The translations under genes were made by a program, and so were the position numbers. 64,000 nucleotides of DNA from Chiloscyllium plagiosum (lineage: Eukaryota). Within the stretch, counting starts at the first letter, position 1. The number at the start of each line of letters is the position of its first letter. Below are positions 51,309 to 64,000 of the stretch, piece by piece. A model generated the notes under the pieces. The model searched no databases, was not told where the DNA came from, and was given only the letters and a program-made list of their open reading frames with translations. The DNA is taken from contig NC_057718.1 of NCBI RefSeq assembly GCF_004010195.1, positions 9,992,872 to 10,056,871 of the forward strand. The letters are read 5' to 3'.

Positions 51309-52319
51309 TCCTGTTCTCAGGTCTCTGTCTTTGGCCTGGTGTCAATTGATGTTCCTAAGAAAGACTTGCGGGGACACTTTAAAAGGTGCTAGACAAATAC
51401 AAGGTGTTATTAAGAGGTTGATACTGGAGGTTAGTCATTAATTGTGACGATATTGTGTTACCTATGAAGTAACATGCGGTTTTCAAAGTGATACCTATTT
51501 GGAATCTGATCCAGGAAGTCTGGTAAAGAAGTCAAGAAAAAAAGATTGAATGAGCAATAGGAAAGAGAAAAGTGTTTAAGGTGTGAAATCCTCATTGGAA
51601 TTACGTCTGGGATGCCCAACATGGCCTGGGACTGCTGTACATAATCTGCTCTGAGGAGCACGAGCTACATTTAGAAAGACAGCTAAAAGAGAAAAAGACT
51701 TGTATTTATTCAGCATTTTTCATGATCACTGCCGATCTCAAAATACTTTGTCGCCAGTAATGTACTTTTTTTGTAAGTGTAGTTCACATTGTAATGTACA
51801 GATTTCAGGAGCCAATTTGCGCAGAGCAAGCTCCCACAAACAGCAGTGTGATAATAACCAGATAACCAGGTTTTCTGATTGTTGATAGATATTGGCCAGG
51901 GGATAATTCCTCAATTCATCATTGAAATAGTGCTTTGGTACTTTTTGTAATGTCCACCATGTGTCTCATCTGAAAGACAGCAGCTCTGACAGTGCAGCTT
52001 GCTCTCGGTACTGCACAGGAGCAAGAGATTTGAAATTTGCATGCAGGCCCAGCATTGGGACTCAAACTTAGGACCTTGTGTCCCAGAGGTGCTACCACTG
52101 AGCCAAAGCTGACACTGCATTGATACAGTTCTGTAGCAGGGTTGCTGTTTGAGAGAGAAACCTTTGCCAGGACATAACAGCATGCTCTTGTGGGATAAAG
52201 TTATTTTGATGGATCTGAGAAGTAAGAACAGGGTGATCACCTTCTTGAAATTGTATTATCGGCCCGCCAATGGTCAATGGGAAATTGAGAAGCAAATATG
52301 TAGGGTATGCAGATATACT

Positions 52320-52862
52320 GTGTACAATTCTGGTCGCTCTTCTAAAGAAAAGATGTTAAACTTGAAAGGGTTCAGAAAAGATATAGAAAGATGTTGGCAG
52401 GTTTGAGCTTTAGGGAGAGGCTGAATAGACTGGGGCTATTTTCCCTGGAGTGTCGGAGGCTGAGGGGTGATCTTGTAGAGGTTTATAAAATCTCTTTCCG
52501 GTGAATAGCCAAGGTTTTTATCCCAGGGGTGGGGGAGTTCAAAACTAGGTTTAAGATTAGAGGTGAAAGGCCTTAAAAAGGACCTGAGGGGTAACTTTTT
52601 CAAGTAGAGGATGGTGTGTGTATGGAATGTGAGGGGTAACTTTTTCAAGTAGAGGATGGTGTGTGTATGGAATGAGCTGCCTGGGGAGGTGGTGGAGGCT
52701 GGTATAATTATAACATTTAAATGGGTATATGAATAGGAAGAGTTTAGAGGGATATGGGCCAAATGCTGGCAAATGGGACTAGATTAATTTAGGATATCTG
52801 GTCGGCGTGGACGAGTTGGGCTAAAGGGTCTGTTTCCCTAAGGTATGAATCTATGACTCTAT
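52320..52862 (+). mobile_element. CR1 LINE 3' fragment with internal 45-bp tandem duplication (52585-52674)
   Basis: aaacttgaaagggttcag...gctgaggggtgatctt...ctatgactctatga. Confidence 0.85.
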
Positions 52863-53999
52863 GAAACATCTTTCACATTCTCCTGAGAGTGCGGCTGTTG
52901 GGATTTAACAGCTCATTTGATCCACACTTTCTCCGACAATGCAGTACTGTGTTAGGAATTTCAGTTTAAACAATGCGCTCAGGATTCTGGGGTGGGATTT
53001 GAACCAGCAATCTTTTGACTCAGAGGCGATAGTGAAAGACACTCACTGAGCTCTGATTTAGTTTGGGTCTGTTTGTATTGCTGGATGCAGTAGGCGCTGT
53101 AGCCCTTGGTCACACGGAGACCCATATGAGTCTGCCGTTAGAATAAGGGAGTCAGGGTGAGCAGCAAGTCGCAAGTATCAGCTGGATAAATACAACTGGG
53201 GGGAGTTTGCTGTGTAGCATTGAATTGCTCAACTGGAAGATGGCTGCAAAGCTACTTGTGAGATGATGGTTCCGTGAGACTGAGATGAATGGGTCCCTGG
53301 GGCAACAGCACTTTATGAAAGTGGATACCTGGCACTAGCAATGGACTGACACCAGAACAAAAGGGAGGTCTCTGATGATTGTTACAGTAACGCTAGGCTT
53401 GTGTCAGCAGGAGGTGGGCTGTGTGTTCAGAGACTTTACAACAGACTTTAAGATCAGACACTTGCCCTTTGGCATTGGCTGCAGTGCCCATGTGCCAAGC
53501 TGCTGGTCTTGCCACTGCCAAGAAGCTTCCCAACTTCTGTTCAGCCAACATCTGTACTTTGGATTCTCCCTGAGGCTCCACAAATCGAAAGTTGATCCCC
53601 AGGACACTTTTATGATCAACACTTGGTCAGGGGGAGGAGAAAGAATCATAGTATGGTTGTGGGATAGAAAGTGGCCATTCAGCCTCTCTGTTGGCTCTCT
53701 GAAACTGCAATTCAGATTGTCCCACTCGACAGCCCTTCCCTGTACCCCTGCAAATTCCTCCTTTTATCCAATGCCCTCCTCAAAGCCACAGTTGAATGTG
53801 ACTCCCTTGCACTCTCTGAATTTACCAACTGCTGCAACACATTCTTTTCCTCACGTTACTTCTGCATCCTTATCCAGTCACCATAAATCAGTGTCCTTTG
53901 GTTCTCGATCCTTCCATCAATGGAAACATTTTCTTTTTACCCGGGGGCGACAATGGCTTAGTGGCAATGTTACCGAATTAGATATTCATGCCCAGACTA

Positions 54000-54280
54000 A
54001 GAATAAAGAGAACAAAGAAAATTTACAGCCCAGGAACAGGCCCTTCGACCCTCCAAGCCTAAGCCGATCCAAATCTACTGTCTGAACCTGTCGCCCAATT
54101 TTGAAGCAACTGAATCCCTCTGCTCCCCACTTACTCATGCATCTGTCCAGACACATCTTAAATGAATCTACCGTTCCTGCCTCTACCACCTCTGCTGGCA
54201 ACGCATTCCAGACACCCACCACCCTCTGTGTGAAGTACTTGCTGCGTGTATCCCCCTTAAACTTTTCACCTTTCACCTTG
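54000..54280 (-). mobile_element. CR1 LINE 3' fragment
   Basis: YFTQRVVGVWNALPAEVVEAGTVDSFKMCLDRCM. Confidence 0.85.
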
Positions 54281-55620
54281 AGCTGGAGCTCAGCTCTTGG
54301 GCTGGGAGTGTCTCAAATCCCACTAGGCAACTGGTGGAATTTGATTCCAAAGAATAAATCTGGAATTGAAAGTTAGTCTTAGTGATGGTGACCATGGAAT
54401 TACCATCAATTTACACGAATACCTATCTGATCCTTTAGCAAGCCATTCTTACCTGGTCAGGCCTACGTGTGACTTCAGGTCCCCAGCAATTTGGCCCAAA
54501 TGCTGGCTGTTCTCTGAAAAAGCCACGTGAGCCGCTCAGTTTAAGGAAGAGGGAATGCTAGCCTCGTCAGAGACATTCACATCCCACGAAAGAATTCAAA
54601 AACAAATTCTGTGCAGACCCTTGATCATTTTGAATATCCCTGTCAGTTTTCTCTTGCAAGAGACAAGCTGGTCTGTCTAAGTTCCTCATTGCTTGACTAT
54701 TCTTGTCCATCTATCCTGCATCCCCACTTTGTTCCTCAAGTGTGCTATCCTGAATTGGATATTATACTCCAGTTGAGGGCAAACCATTGTAAGGAAAATA
54801 TTTGTTCCTTGCCTTTTGAATATTATTTCTTTTGGTTATATGCTAGAATATGGAAGAAAGACCATTCATAATTTGTGATGAAACCTTCACATCTCTGACC
54901 ATCAAGTGTTGGTAACCTGTCTAATGGTTGAGAGATGGCACTTTTTTCTGGGACTTATAGAATCTACTGTCGTTGTTTCAGCATCAGCCTCTCAATATTT
55001 AAAACAGTGTCTCTTCCCTTTCCTATTCCTGTTGCAGAGTACATTACAGCGCAAGTGCCATTTCTTCGCTATAGATATGAAGTCCTTGTGACACTGCCAA
55101 GAACATTTCTGACATAAAGAGCAAGTTTAGCAAACACCAGTTTTAGTCTGAACCCCCAATGCATGGTGAGATGTGCTGAACCAGAAGCTAATGTATGAGA
55201 AAGAAAAACAATGAGAATAAATGTTCAAGTCATGATTGTTCACCTCCTGAGGGAGGGGATTTATAAAGTCATAGGGCAGCCAGTGTGAGATTCCAGTGTC
55301 AGGGCAAACTCTACTGGCCCTGACATAGGACTGAAGTACATTTGAAGAACTGACACCCTGATTCAGTGACCAAGTTCACGTTCGGTTACGGTTCACAGTG
55401 GCGCTGAAGCAGTTCAAAAGCATTCCACGTTCAAGTACTTAGGGAAGGGAAGTGGCTCTCAAACTGCAATGTTTGTTGCCCCCCTCTCTATCTCTTTATC
55501 TCTGTCTCTCTTTCACCGTCTGTATCCTTCAACCCAATTCACCTATTCCTTTCTAACAGCCTAGAATTTCTGTAGTAATTTCCTGGTTCTGCCAGATTGT
55601 TACCTTTGCACTCGCTGACA

Positions 55621-55660
55621 ATGGGGAAGGAAAACGTAATGGCATCTCAAGCTAACAAAG
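55621..55660 (+). CDS. Weak candidate alternative first exon (MGKENVMASQANK), phase 1
   Basis: acaATGG Kozak, 13 codons + G, donor AAG|gtactt; TATAAAG at 55262-55268 upstream; 1.26 kb before exon 2. Confidence 0.22.
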
Positions 55661-56074
55661 GTACTTTTATTCTGCATTGAGGCCACACTGAATAGTCAGA
55701 ACTCCACCCAAAGCAGCTTATCATTTCTCAGGTGTGATTTGAGACATTCGATACAGCAGTAAGACTTCCGGAGGTTAGGCTTGTGGCTGCCTGGAACACA
55801 TGTTGTCTTATGTTGTATGTCTGATGCATTTTCAGAATGGGTACGGTAGGACAGACGCTCTCCTAGGGAAGCGATCACCATTAGTTTGCTAGACCCTGGC
55901 CCCTCTCAAGTTTCCCATTAGTGCTGTACTGAATTGCGACCAGAGCTTAAATCGTTCAGAGCTAATCAATAATTCAGAAAAAAATTTCCAGGAAGACTGA
56001 CTAAGAACACAGCTGAGGAATTGTAGCAAATCTTTGGATGCTGTGATGGGCAGCTGGTTGTATTGGGCCAAATC

Positions 56075-56770
56075 ACATCGGGTCAAGTGGGTGGGGCTGG
56101 GGCTGGGGCAGATTGGTTCAGGTTCAGTTGAGCTGGTTGGATGAGTCATGTCAAATTGAGTTTGGTCAGGTTGGGTGAACTGGGTCAGGATGGGTGAGCT
56201 GGGTCAGGTTGGGTGAATTGGGTTAGTTTTGGTCAGGTTGGGTGACCTGGGTCAGGTTGGGTGAATTGGGTTATTTTGAGTAAGGTTGAGTGAGTTGGGT
56301 CAGTTGGGGTTGAGTCGAGTCGGGTTGGATTAAGTTGGGTTGGGTCAGGTTGAGTTGGGTTGGGATGGGTTGAGTTCGGTTGAATGGGGTTGGTTTGGTT
56401 TGAGTCAGGTTCCAGTTGAGTTGGGTTGGGTTGGATCAGGTCGGGTCGGGTTGGATCAGATCAGTTCTGGTTGGGTTAGATCGGGTCGGGTTGGGTCATG
56501 TTGGAGGGTTGGGTCATGTTGGAGGATTGGGTCAGGTCAGGTTGGATCAGATCAGTTCAGGTCAGGTTGGATCGGATCAGTTTGGTTCGGGTTGGATCAG
56601 GTCAGGTTGGGTAGGAACAGGTCTGGTCGGGTTCGATCAGGTCAGGTTGGATGACGTTGGGTCAGGATGAGTCAATGTGGATCCATTTGAGTGGAGGTGG
56701 GATGGGTCAGAATGAGGATTGGGTCCGGTCAAGGTGGGTTGGGTCCAGCCGAGGTGGCCGGGCTGAGGTG
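56075..56770 (+). repeat. G/T-rich degenerate pentamer satellite (GGGTT / GGTCA / GGATCA)
   Basis: About 700 bp of gggtcaggttgggt-type units just upstream of exon 2. Confidence 0.95.
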
Positions 56771-56920
56771 GGGTAGCTGAGCTTGGCTTGTATCTCCTTG
56801 CATCAGACAAGTCCATGGAGAAAGGGGAGGACAATGAGATTCACTGGACTGTTGCTTTGACATAATGAGCTGAGTGATTCCGTGTCCATCAGACTGAGAG
56901 AATTCCCTGTTCTTTTCCAG

Positions 56921-57073
56921 CGGTCTCTAACCTGGATGAAGAGAGCCGGTGGACAGTCCACTATAAAGCATCATGGCACCACCAGGAGAACGTGTTCCTA
57001 CCGTCGAGCCGGTCACCCTGTGTAGAAGATCTGCACCAGCAAGCCAAGGTGAACCTAAAGACCGTGCTGCGAG
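56921..57073 (+). CDS. NHSL1: NHS-like protein 1, common exon 2 (NHS/WAVE-homology C-terminal part); 153 nt, phase 1 at both ends
   Basis: Acceptor cctgttcttttccag|CG and donor CGAG|gtaagg. Translates (x)[50 protein letters not shown], close to the vertebrate NHSL1 peptide as I recall it ([50 protein letters not shown]) and closer to it than to NHS, NHSL2 or KIAA1522. Confidence 0.92.
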
Positions 57074-59235
57074 GTAAGGGCTGTTTCTCCCCGCTCCTTT
57101 CCTTCCTAAACCTAATTTCGTTTCCCCAAAACCCCATCACCCTTTTAGCTCAAATTTCCAAATCCTTATTGAAGTAACCAAACACCAGTTGCAGAAATAT
57201 GAGGGCATTAACAGGATTAATTGTGCTGTAACAGAGTGAAACGAGGGCAGGGTGAATCTATTATTTCACATCATCCCATTTTTTATCGGGAAAGGATAAC
57301 TGTGTACAGTGTGGAACAGACCTGCCCATCTGCAGCGAGTGTGACTAATGTGGACCACCCTCATCCCCAAACAGTAAAGTCAGGTTGAACGCATTGTGTA
57401 CCTTTTTGGTCCCCTCATCTGAGAAAGGACATACTTGCCACAAAGTGACTGGGGCAATGACTTGTGGGGTGACGGGATTTTGATGTACGAGGAGACCATA
57501 CGGTTTCAAAGATTAAGAGGTGATCTTATTGAAGCACTCAGAATTCTTACAGGGCACATACAAGAAGAATGTTTCCAGTGTTGGGGGATGGGGGTTGTTG
57601 CCATGGTTTCTATCCAGGAGAGACGCCCTCTGAATAATATGTTGGGTTAACATGGGGAAAAATCTCAAAGGACAGTGACCCTTTAGAATTCTTCACCCCA
57701 TAGGGCTATGGAGGTTCAGTCATTGAGAATATTCAGTACATTTGTAGATGTAAAAGGTATCAAAGAGATATGGGGGACAGTGCAGGAACATGGTGTTGAG
57801 GTAGAAGATTAGCTGGCTTAAGGGACTGAATGCCTGACTCCTCCTATTTCCTACATTCCTCTGTTCAAGGTCAGTTTACAGAAAACACTGGGTGAGCAAA
57901 TGAGCAAAGAAAGATAGAGAGGGATATGGCGAGAAAGGAGGGTTATAGGAGGCTCTCATGGAGATGTACACCAGTGTGCAATGGTTAGGCTGAAGGTGCT
58001 GTGCTGTACAGACTTTGTAATGCTCTATAATACCATGAATGATTACTTTGAACAATGCTTACAGTGAAATAGCAAACTCTTTGCAATATTGGAAGCAAGA
58101 TCAACCTCACAAAGTCGCAGCATGTGTCTATTCCCTGTGAAGCCCAGAATAATATCGGAAACTGGGAGAGATGAAAAGCCCAAGTGCCAGGTGTGGAGTG
58201 AGAAAGGAAGATGAGCTATGGTCTGACATTACTGCCCGGTTAATTTGTTGTGTTTTTTTTCTGTGTGTAACTTTACCTTGAGACAGTTGACAGACATGAA
58301 CTGTCTCCATATTGCCTATTGGATTCAATAACATCTGAAGTGCTGCAGTGATGTAAGGGGACAGGAGCAACGTGGGAGGGATTTGTAGCGATAAGTGTGG
58401 CCCACCAGCAAATTCCCCAGGGTCTGTGTAGCTCAGCAGGACGCCACTCAGCCTATCAAATCCATGCCAGCTCTCTGTAGAGCAATCAAGTCAGGCCTAT
58501 TCACCTCACTTAATTCTTGTAGCCTCTGGATTTTATTTCCCTCAAGTGAAGCCCAGCCTCTGTGTGTGTGTCTGTGTGTATGTAATATATATATATAAAA
58601 AATACAGGCAGAAAAGCACAATATTTTTTGATAGACTGACTTGGATGCACAAATGCAGGAACACAATAAAGTTAGCATGCGGTTGGAACAAGCAATTAGG
58701 AAACCTAATGGCATGTCGGGCTTTATTGCAAGAGCAGTGGAAAGGAAAAGGAGCAGGAGTGGGCCATTCGGTCCATTAAGCCTGCTCCACCATTTATTAC
58801 TGCCATGGCTGGGCTCATCTTGGACTATTCCTCTGCCCACTCCTCAATTCCCTGAGAGACCAAAGATCTGTCTGTCTCAACCTTAAATGTATCCAATGAC
58901 GGGATGGCCACATCTATCTGGGGTAGTGCATTCCTAAAGTTCACAAGGCTGCTAATGAAGAAACTTCTCAACACCATATAATCAGCCCCTTATCCAGGGA
59001 CACATCACACATCCCATAATATACTTCATCTAGGCAAGAGGCCCAGCAATCACGTCTCTAGCTTCCCACAGAGTTCTCGGGTACACCTGATCAGGTCCTG
59101 GGGATTTATCCAGCTTTAGCCGTTTCAAGGCATCCAGCACTTCCTCCTCTGTAATCTGGACATTTTGCAAGATGTCACCATCTATTTCCCTTCAGTCTAT
59201 ATCTTCCATAAATACTGATGCAAAATATTCATTTA

Positions 59236-59472
59236 GCACGGTGGCACAGTGGTTAGCACTGCTGCCTCACAGCGCCTGAGACCCGGGTTCAATTCCCGCC
59301 TCAGGCGACTGACTGTGTGGAGTTTGCACGTTCTCCCCGTGTCTGCGTGGGTTTCCTCCGGGTGCTCCGGTTTCCTCCCACAGTCCAAAAGATGTGCAGG
59401 GTCAGGTGAATTGGCCATGCTAAATTGCCCGTAGTGTTAGGTAAGGGGTAAATGTAGGGGTATGGGTGGGTT
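59236..59472 (+). mobile_element. HE1-type SINE running into the gap
   Basis: Near-consensus copy. Confidence 0.9.
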
Positions 59473-60368
59473 NNNNNNNNNNNNNNNNNNNNNNNNNNNN
59501 NNNNNNNNNNNNNNNNNNNNNNNNNNNNNNNNNNNNNNNNNNNNNNNNNNNNNNNNNNNNNNNNNNNNNNNNNNNNNNNNNNNNNNNNNNNNNNNNNNNN
59601 NNNNNNNNNNNNNNNNNNNNNNNNNNNNNNNNNNNNNNNNNNNNNNNNNNNNNNNNNNNNNNNNNNNNNNNNNNNNNNNNNNNNNNNNNNNNNNNNNNNN
59701 NNNNNNNNNNNNNNNNNNNNNNNNNNNNNNNNNNNNNNNNNNNNNNNNNNNNNNNNNNNNNNNNNNNNNNNNNNNNNNNNNNNNNNNNNNNNNNNNNNNN
59801 NNNNNNNNNNNNNNNNNNNNNNNNNNNNNNNNNNNNNNNNNNNNNNNNNNNNNNNNNNNNNNNNNNNNNNNNNNNNNNNNNNNNNNNNNNNNNNNNNNNN
59901 NNNNNNNNNNNNNNNNNNNNNNNNNNNNNNNNNNNNNNNNNNNNNNNNNNNNNNNNNNNNNNNNNNNNNNNNNNNNNNNNNNNNNNNNNNNNNNNNNNNN
60001 NNNNNNNNNNNNNNNNNNNNNNNNNNNNNNNNNNNNNNNNNNNNNNNNNNNNNNNNNNNNNNNNNNNNNNNNNNNNNNNNNNNNNNNNNNNNNNNNNNNN
60101 NNNNNNNNNNNNNNNNNNNNNNNNNNNNNNNNNNNNNNNNNNNNNNNNNNNNNNNNNNNNNNNNNNNNNNNNNNNNNNNNNNNNNNNNNNNNNNNNNNNN
60201 NNNNNNNNNNNNNNNNNNNNNNNNNNNNNNNNNNNNNNNNNNNNNNNNNNNNNNNNNNNNNNNNNNNNNNNNNNNNNNNNNNNNNNNNNNNNNNNNNNNN
60301 NNNNNNNNNNNNNNNNNNNNNNNNNNNNNNNNNNNNNNNNNNNNNNNNNNNNNNNNNNNNNNNNNNNN
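59473..60368. other. Assembly gap (896 N)
   Basis: Run of N. Confidence 1.
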
Positions 60369-60620
60369 CTGGGGTGGGGGAGTCCAGAACTAGAGGGCAT
60401 AGGTTTAGGGTGAGAGGGGAAAGATATAAAAGAGACCTAAGGGGCAACGTTTTCATGCAGAGGGTGGTACGTGTATGGAATGAGCTGCCAAAGGATGTGG
60501 TGGAGGCTGGTACAATTGCCGGGTGCTGGCAGGTGGGACTAGATTGGGTTGGGACATCTGGTCGGCATGGATGGGTTGGACCGAAGGGTCTGTTTCCATG
60601 CTGTACATCTCTATGACTCT
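60369..60620 (+). mobile_element. CR1 LINE 3' end emerging from the gap
   Basis: ESRTRGHRFRVRGERYKRDLRGNVFMQRVVRVWNELP. Confidence 0.87.
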
Positions 60621-61811
60621 GTGTCACGTGTTGCTCAATTATTGTGCCTGTTTCCTGTCAGCCCCATTGTGCATAGCTGCCAGTTTGCACTCCCACTTGC
60701 ATATGATCAGAAAATGTGGTGACATAGTGTAAAGACTTTGTTGGATAGTATCTGTGTAGTCACTGTTGTAATGTAGGATATTCAACTGCACGATACCACA
60801 AACCACCATATCTCAATGACCAGATAACCTGTTTTTGTATTGTTGACTGAAGGATAAATATCGGAATGGACACCAAGGATAACTTCCCCAATTTTGCATT
60901 TCATGCACAGGATGTTTTGCCTTCACTGGAGAAGAAGAACAGGGGTCCTATTTAATATTTAACCCAAAGGGTGGCATCTCTGATGTTGTAGCATTCCTTC
61001 AGTACTGCACTACAGTGTTGGCTCAAGTGCCTGCAGTGACACTTACAGTCATAGAGATGTACAGCATGGAAACAGACCCTTCGGTCCAACTCGTCTATGC
61101 CAACCAGATATCACAACCCAATCTAGTCCCACCTTGAGCTCCACCACCTTCTGAGTCAGAGTGAACATGCTACCCATTGATGTTTGGGCTGCTGAGCACA
61201 ATTCTTCGTTTGACTTTACTTGTATTTAGAACCTTGAAAGCAAAAGTATTTGTCATAATATTCCCAGTTTTTTACACACTGCGCTATCCATCCAGTCGCT
61301 CAACAACATAACTATTGCAGTCTGAGTCTTGGATATGTGACCCAGATTTATCATGGTTTGCATTTATGTAGTGCCTTCAGCAGAGTGAAATACTTTATGT
61401 GCATTGTCAGATGAACATTGACAGCATGCTAACTCAGGAAGTGGGGTTTTGGGGAGCTTTTTAATGAGGGGGAGAGGTTTAGGGAGGTAATCACAAAGCT
61501 TAGAGCGCTGACACCTGGAGGCATAGTCACTAATGGGGGAGCAATGGAAATCGGGAAGTGGAGATGCGCAGAGATCTTGGAGGATTGCAAGGCTGGAGGA
61601 AGTCACAGAGATAGGGAGGAGTGATGATATGAAAGAATTTAAATCTAATATTGTGAAACCTTGCACTTAGACAGGTGAATGACCCTCGATCTGTAACATG
61701 CGTGCCATTGGGCCAGGTTGGAGCAAACTGGTACAGAGTATGGACTGTGTGACTTCAGCCAGTTCTTGGGGCTTGTCTACAAAATGCAGTTATTGAACAG
61801 ATCTTGCAGCT

Positions 61812-62375
61812 GCTGCAACAGACCAAACCCCCTCAAAATACATTCGGAGAATAGTCTAGACCCTGACGTTTTCTTATTTTAAAGACAAGTGTAAGGTATT
61901 GCAATTCAATTGGTCACACTACTCGTTATTAAGCAAAACATACTTTATTTTTACATGACAGTTAAGTACAGCCAAAAATGAAATAAAAGAATTGGCTTAA
62001 TTGTAACTATCGAAATGCTTAACAAAATGATATATGTATTAACTAACACTGATTAACTGTTCCAATGCAGTAACATCCCATAAGCACACCCTTAGCAAAG
62101 GTAAATTCAGTAAATTGATTGCACCACATGTAATTCTAGCAGCAGCAAGAGAACCACAGCTTTAGTTGTCTCAGAGAGAGGAATAACAGCTTTCACTGAA
62201 AGCTAAACTAAAAATCCTTGTTCTGTGGGAGCTTGTCCCCACCCATTCAGGCTGCTTCTATTGTTCCAAGTTTAAAAAAAAAATTATTGGCTATGAGCAG
62301 ACTGCTCGGTACATCTGTCTTAACCTTTCTTAAGGAAAAAACTAGTGCACCTCTTAAAGCCACAAACAGCACCAA
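61812..62375. mobile_element. Probable solo-LTR-like interspersed repeat
   Basis: AT-rich block with minus-strand AATAAA (tttatt near 61945) and LTR-like organisation; termini are not clean. Confidence 0.3.
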
Positions 62376-62950
62376 GTTTAGATGCATTATTACAGCCTGG
62401 TTGTGGTGTCTGTAGATCAATAGGACTGGCTTTCCACAGTATTTAAGGAAGAGGTAAATGAGTGTGATGTATTACAGGCCCATTCTTTGGGAACAGAAGT
62501 TGTATCCTGTCAATTCTTGAGTAATGATCGACCAAATATTTTCTGAAGGGAGCTGGGAGTTTTCAGATCACTGGTGTGATCTACTGTGCCTTTAAGAGAG
62601 ATTGGTTCTGACCTGTCTCTCTTGCAGAGGGCTGTTGTGACCCTGGTGTCTGCTCCATGGAAAGCAAAGTGAATAGCTTTGGGTATTTTTAAGAAAACAT
62701 AGGCAGAAGAAGCATGAGTGGATGGGGTCAGGCTCACACAGAGCCAGGAGGGGTGAGAAGGCTTCTACTGCTGCTGAGCTAACAGCTTCAGTTCTCTGCT
62801 GCTAGTGTCACAGTCGAGAGGCTTCCTCTTAAAAACTAAAAGAGGCAGACTGTTTCTTTCTGTATTTCGTTCTGCTGGACTGGAGAGAGACAGCATGTGA
62901 GAATTGTAACTGTTTTGCTAAATTGCCTTGCCCTGGTGGTGTTGTATGGT

Positions 62951-63738
62951 AGCTGAAAATGTGTTGCTGGAAAAGCGCAGCAGGTCAGGCAGCATCCAAG
63001 GAACAGGAGAATCGACGTTTCAGGCATGAGCCCTTCTTCAGGAATGAGGAAAGTGTGTCCAGCAGGCTAAGATAAAAGGTAGGGAGGAGGGACTTGGGGG
63101 AGGGGCATCGGAAATGCGATAGGTGGAGGGAGGTCAAGGTTAGGGTGATAGGCCGGAGTGGAGTGGGGGCGGAGAGGTAGGAAGAAGATTGCAGGTTAGG
63201 AAGGTGGTGCTGAGTTTGAGGGTTGGGACTGAGACAAGGTGAGGGGAGGGGAAATGAGGAAACTGGAGAAATCTGAGTTCATCCCTTGTGGTTGGAGGGT
63301 TCCTAGGCGGAAGATGAGGCGCTCTTCCTCCAGCCGTCGTGTTGCTATGGTCTGGCGATGGAGGAGTCCAAGGACCTGCATGTCCTTGGTGGAGTGGGAG
63401 GGGGAGTTGAAGTGTTGAGCCACAGGGTGGTTGGGTTGGTTGGTCCGGGTGTCCCTATTTCCCTCCCCTCCCCTATCAGCGTTCCGAAAAGACCACTCTC
63501 TCCGTGACTCCCTCATCAGGTCCACACCCCCCACCAACCCAACCTCCACTCCCGGCACCTTCCCCTGCAACCGCAAGAAATGCAAAACTTGCGCCCACAC
63601 CTCCCCCCTTACTTCCCTTACAAATTCACCTGCACCTTCACACATATCATTTATTGCATCCGCTGCACCTGATGTGGCCTCCTCTATATTGGGGAGACAG
63701 GCCGCCTACTTGCGGAACGTTTCAGAGAACACCTCTGG
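62951..63738 (-). mobile_element. Penelope-like retroelement 3' fragment (GIY-YIG endonuclease + terminal repeat) with an inverted 5' segment
   Basis: Minus 62951-63455 encodes DTRTNQPNHPVAQHFNSPSHS...RRLEEERLIFRLGTLQPQGMN followed by the terminal repeat. Plus 63456-63738 encodes the preceding part (PCNRKKCKTC...IYCIRCT*CGLLYIGETGRLLAERFREHLW). Confidence 0.88.
63010..63045 (-). ncRNA. Minimal hammerhead ribozyme motif in the Penelope terminal repeat
   Basis: Minus strand reads ATTC-CTGAAGA-A-GGGC-TCAT-GCCT-GAAA-C-GTC-GATT: conserved core, stem II, palindromic ACGT stem III, GUC cleavage triplet. Confidence 0.7.
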
Positions 63739-64000
63739 AACACAGCACCTTATACTTCTCTTTAAATAAATAGAAAAGTTTGAGTCTAGGTTACCTCCTA
63801 ACTATATTTTGGAAGGGATTGCAGTCTGGTCTATAACACTGGAGAAACCATTCAGTCATTGAGTGGCTTTCTTTTTATTTCCAGTGAGGATGCTGTGTTT
63901 GTTTAAAGAGTTTACAGAGCAAGTTAACGCTGGGGGAGATGGTCAGAATATTACTGGGCTAGTAATCCAGAGACCCAGGATTATGTTCAAGTTTAGCCAG

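Noticed and set aside
53375..54085. 236-aa ORF
   Set aside because: Runs through decayed SINE/LINE pieces; no domain or splice support.
59420..60627. Long ORFs of 315-396 aa
   Set aside because: Artefacts of the second N gap between an HE1 SINE and a CR1 end.
57074..64000. NHSL1 exon 3 (expected ECDKLR-like)
   Set aside because: No matching peptide found after any acceptor, including cttgcag near 62627; it probably lies beyond the window or in the gap.

Overview
Vertebrate (cartilaginous fish) genomic DNA, not prokaryotic. HE1-type SINEs, CR1/HER1 LINEs, Rex1/Babar and Penelope fragments point to a shark; a carpet shark is plausible but inferred. The window is mostly intron and repeat within the 5' part of a + strand NHS-family gene, best matching NHSL1. 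The conserved 153-nt common exon 2 ([14 protein letters not shown]...[16 protein letters not shown]) is at 56921-57073, and a recognisable alternative first coding exon (MVVFINRKLESFIQLFKKK) is at 45881-45938. One strong candidate first exon lies at 22114-22315, with weaker phase-compatible candidates elsewhere. Neither the WAVE-homology first exon nor exon 3 is visible. The most distinctive non-coding structure is a set of about nine short (190-310 bp) palindromic Penelope-derived insertions, most with 10-17 bp target-site duplications and minimal hammerhead ribozyme motifs. A 5'-inverted Penelope GIY-YIG fragment at about 62951-63738 shares the terminus of one of the two families. There are two assembly gaps (5471-6180, 59473-60368). 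I see no convincing wholly new system; family names come from recalled consensus features, not database searches.
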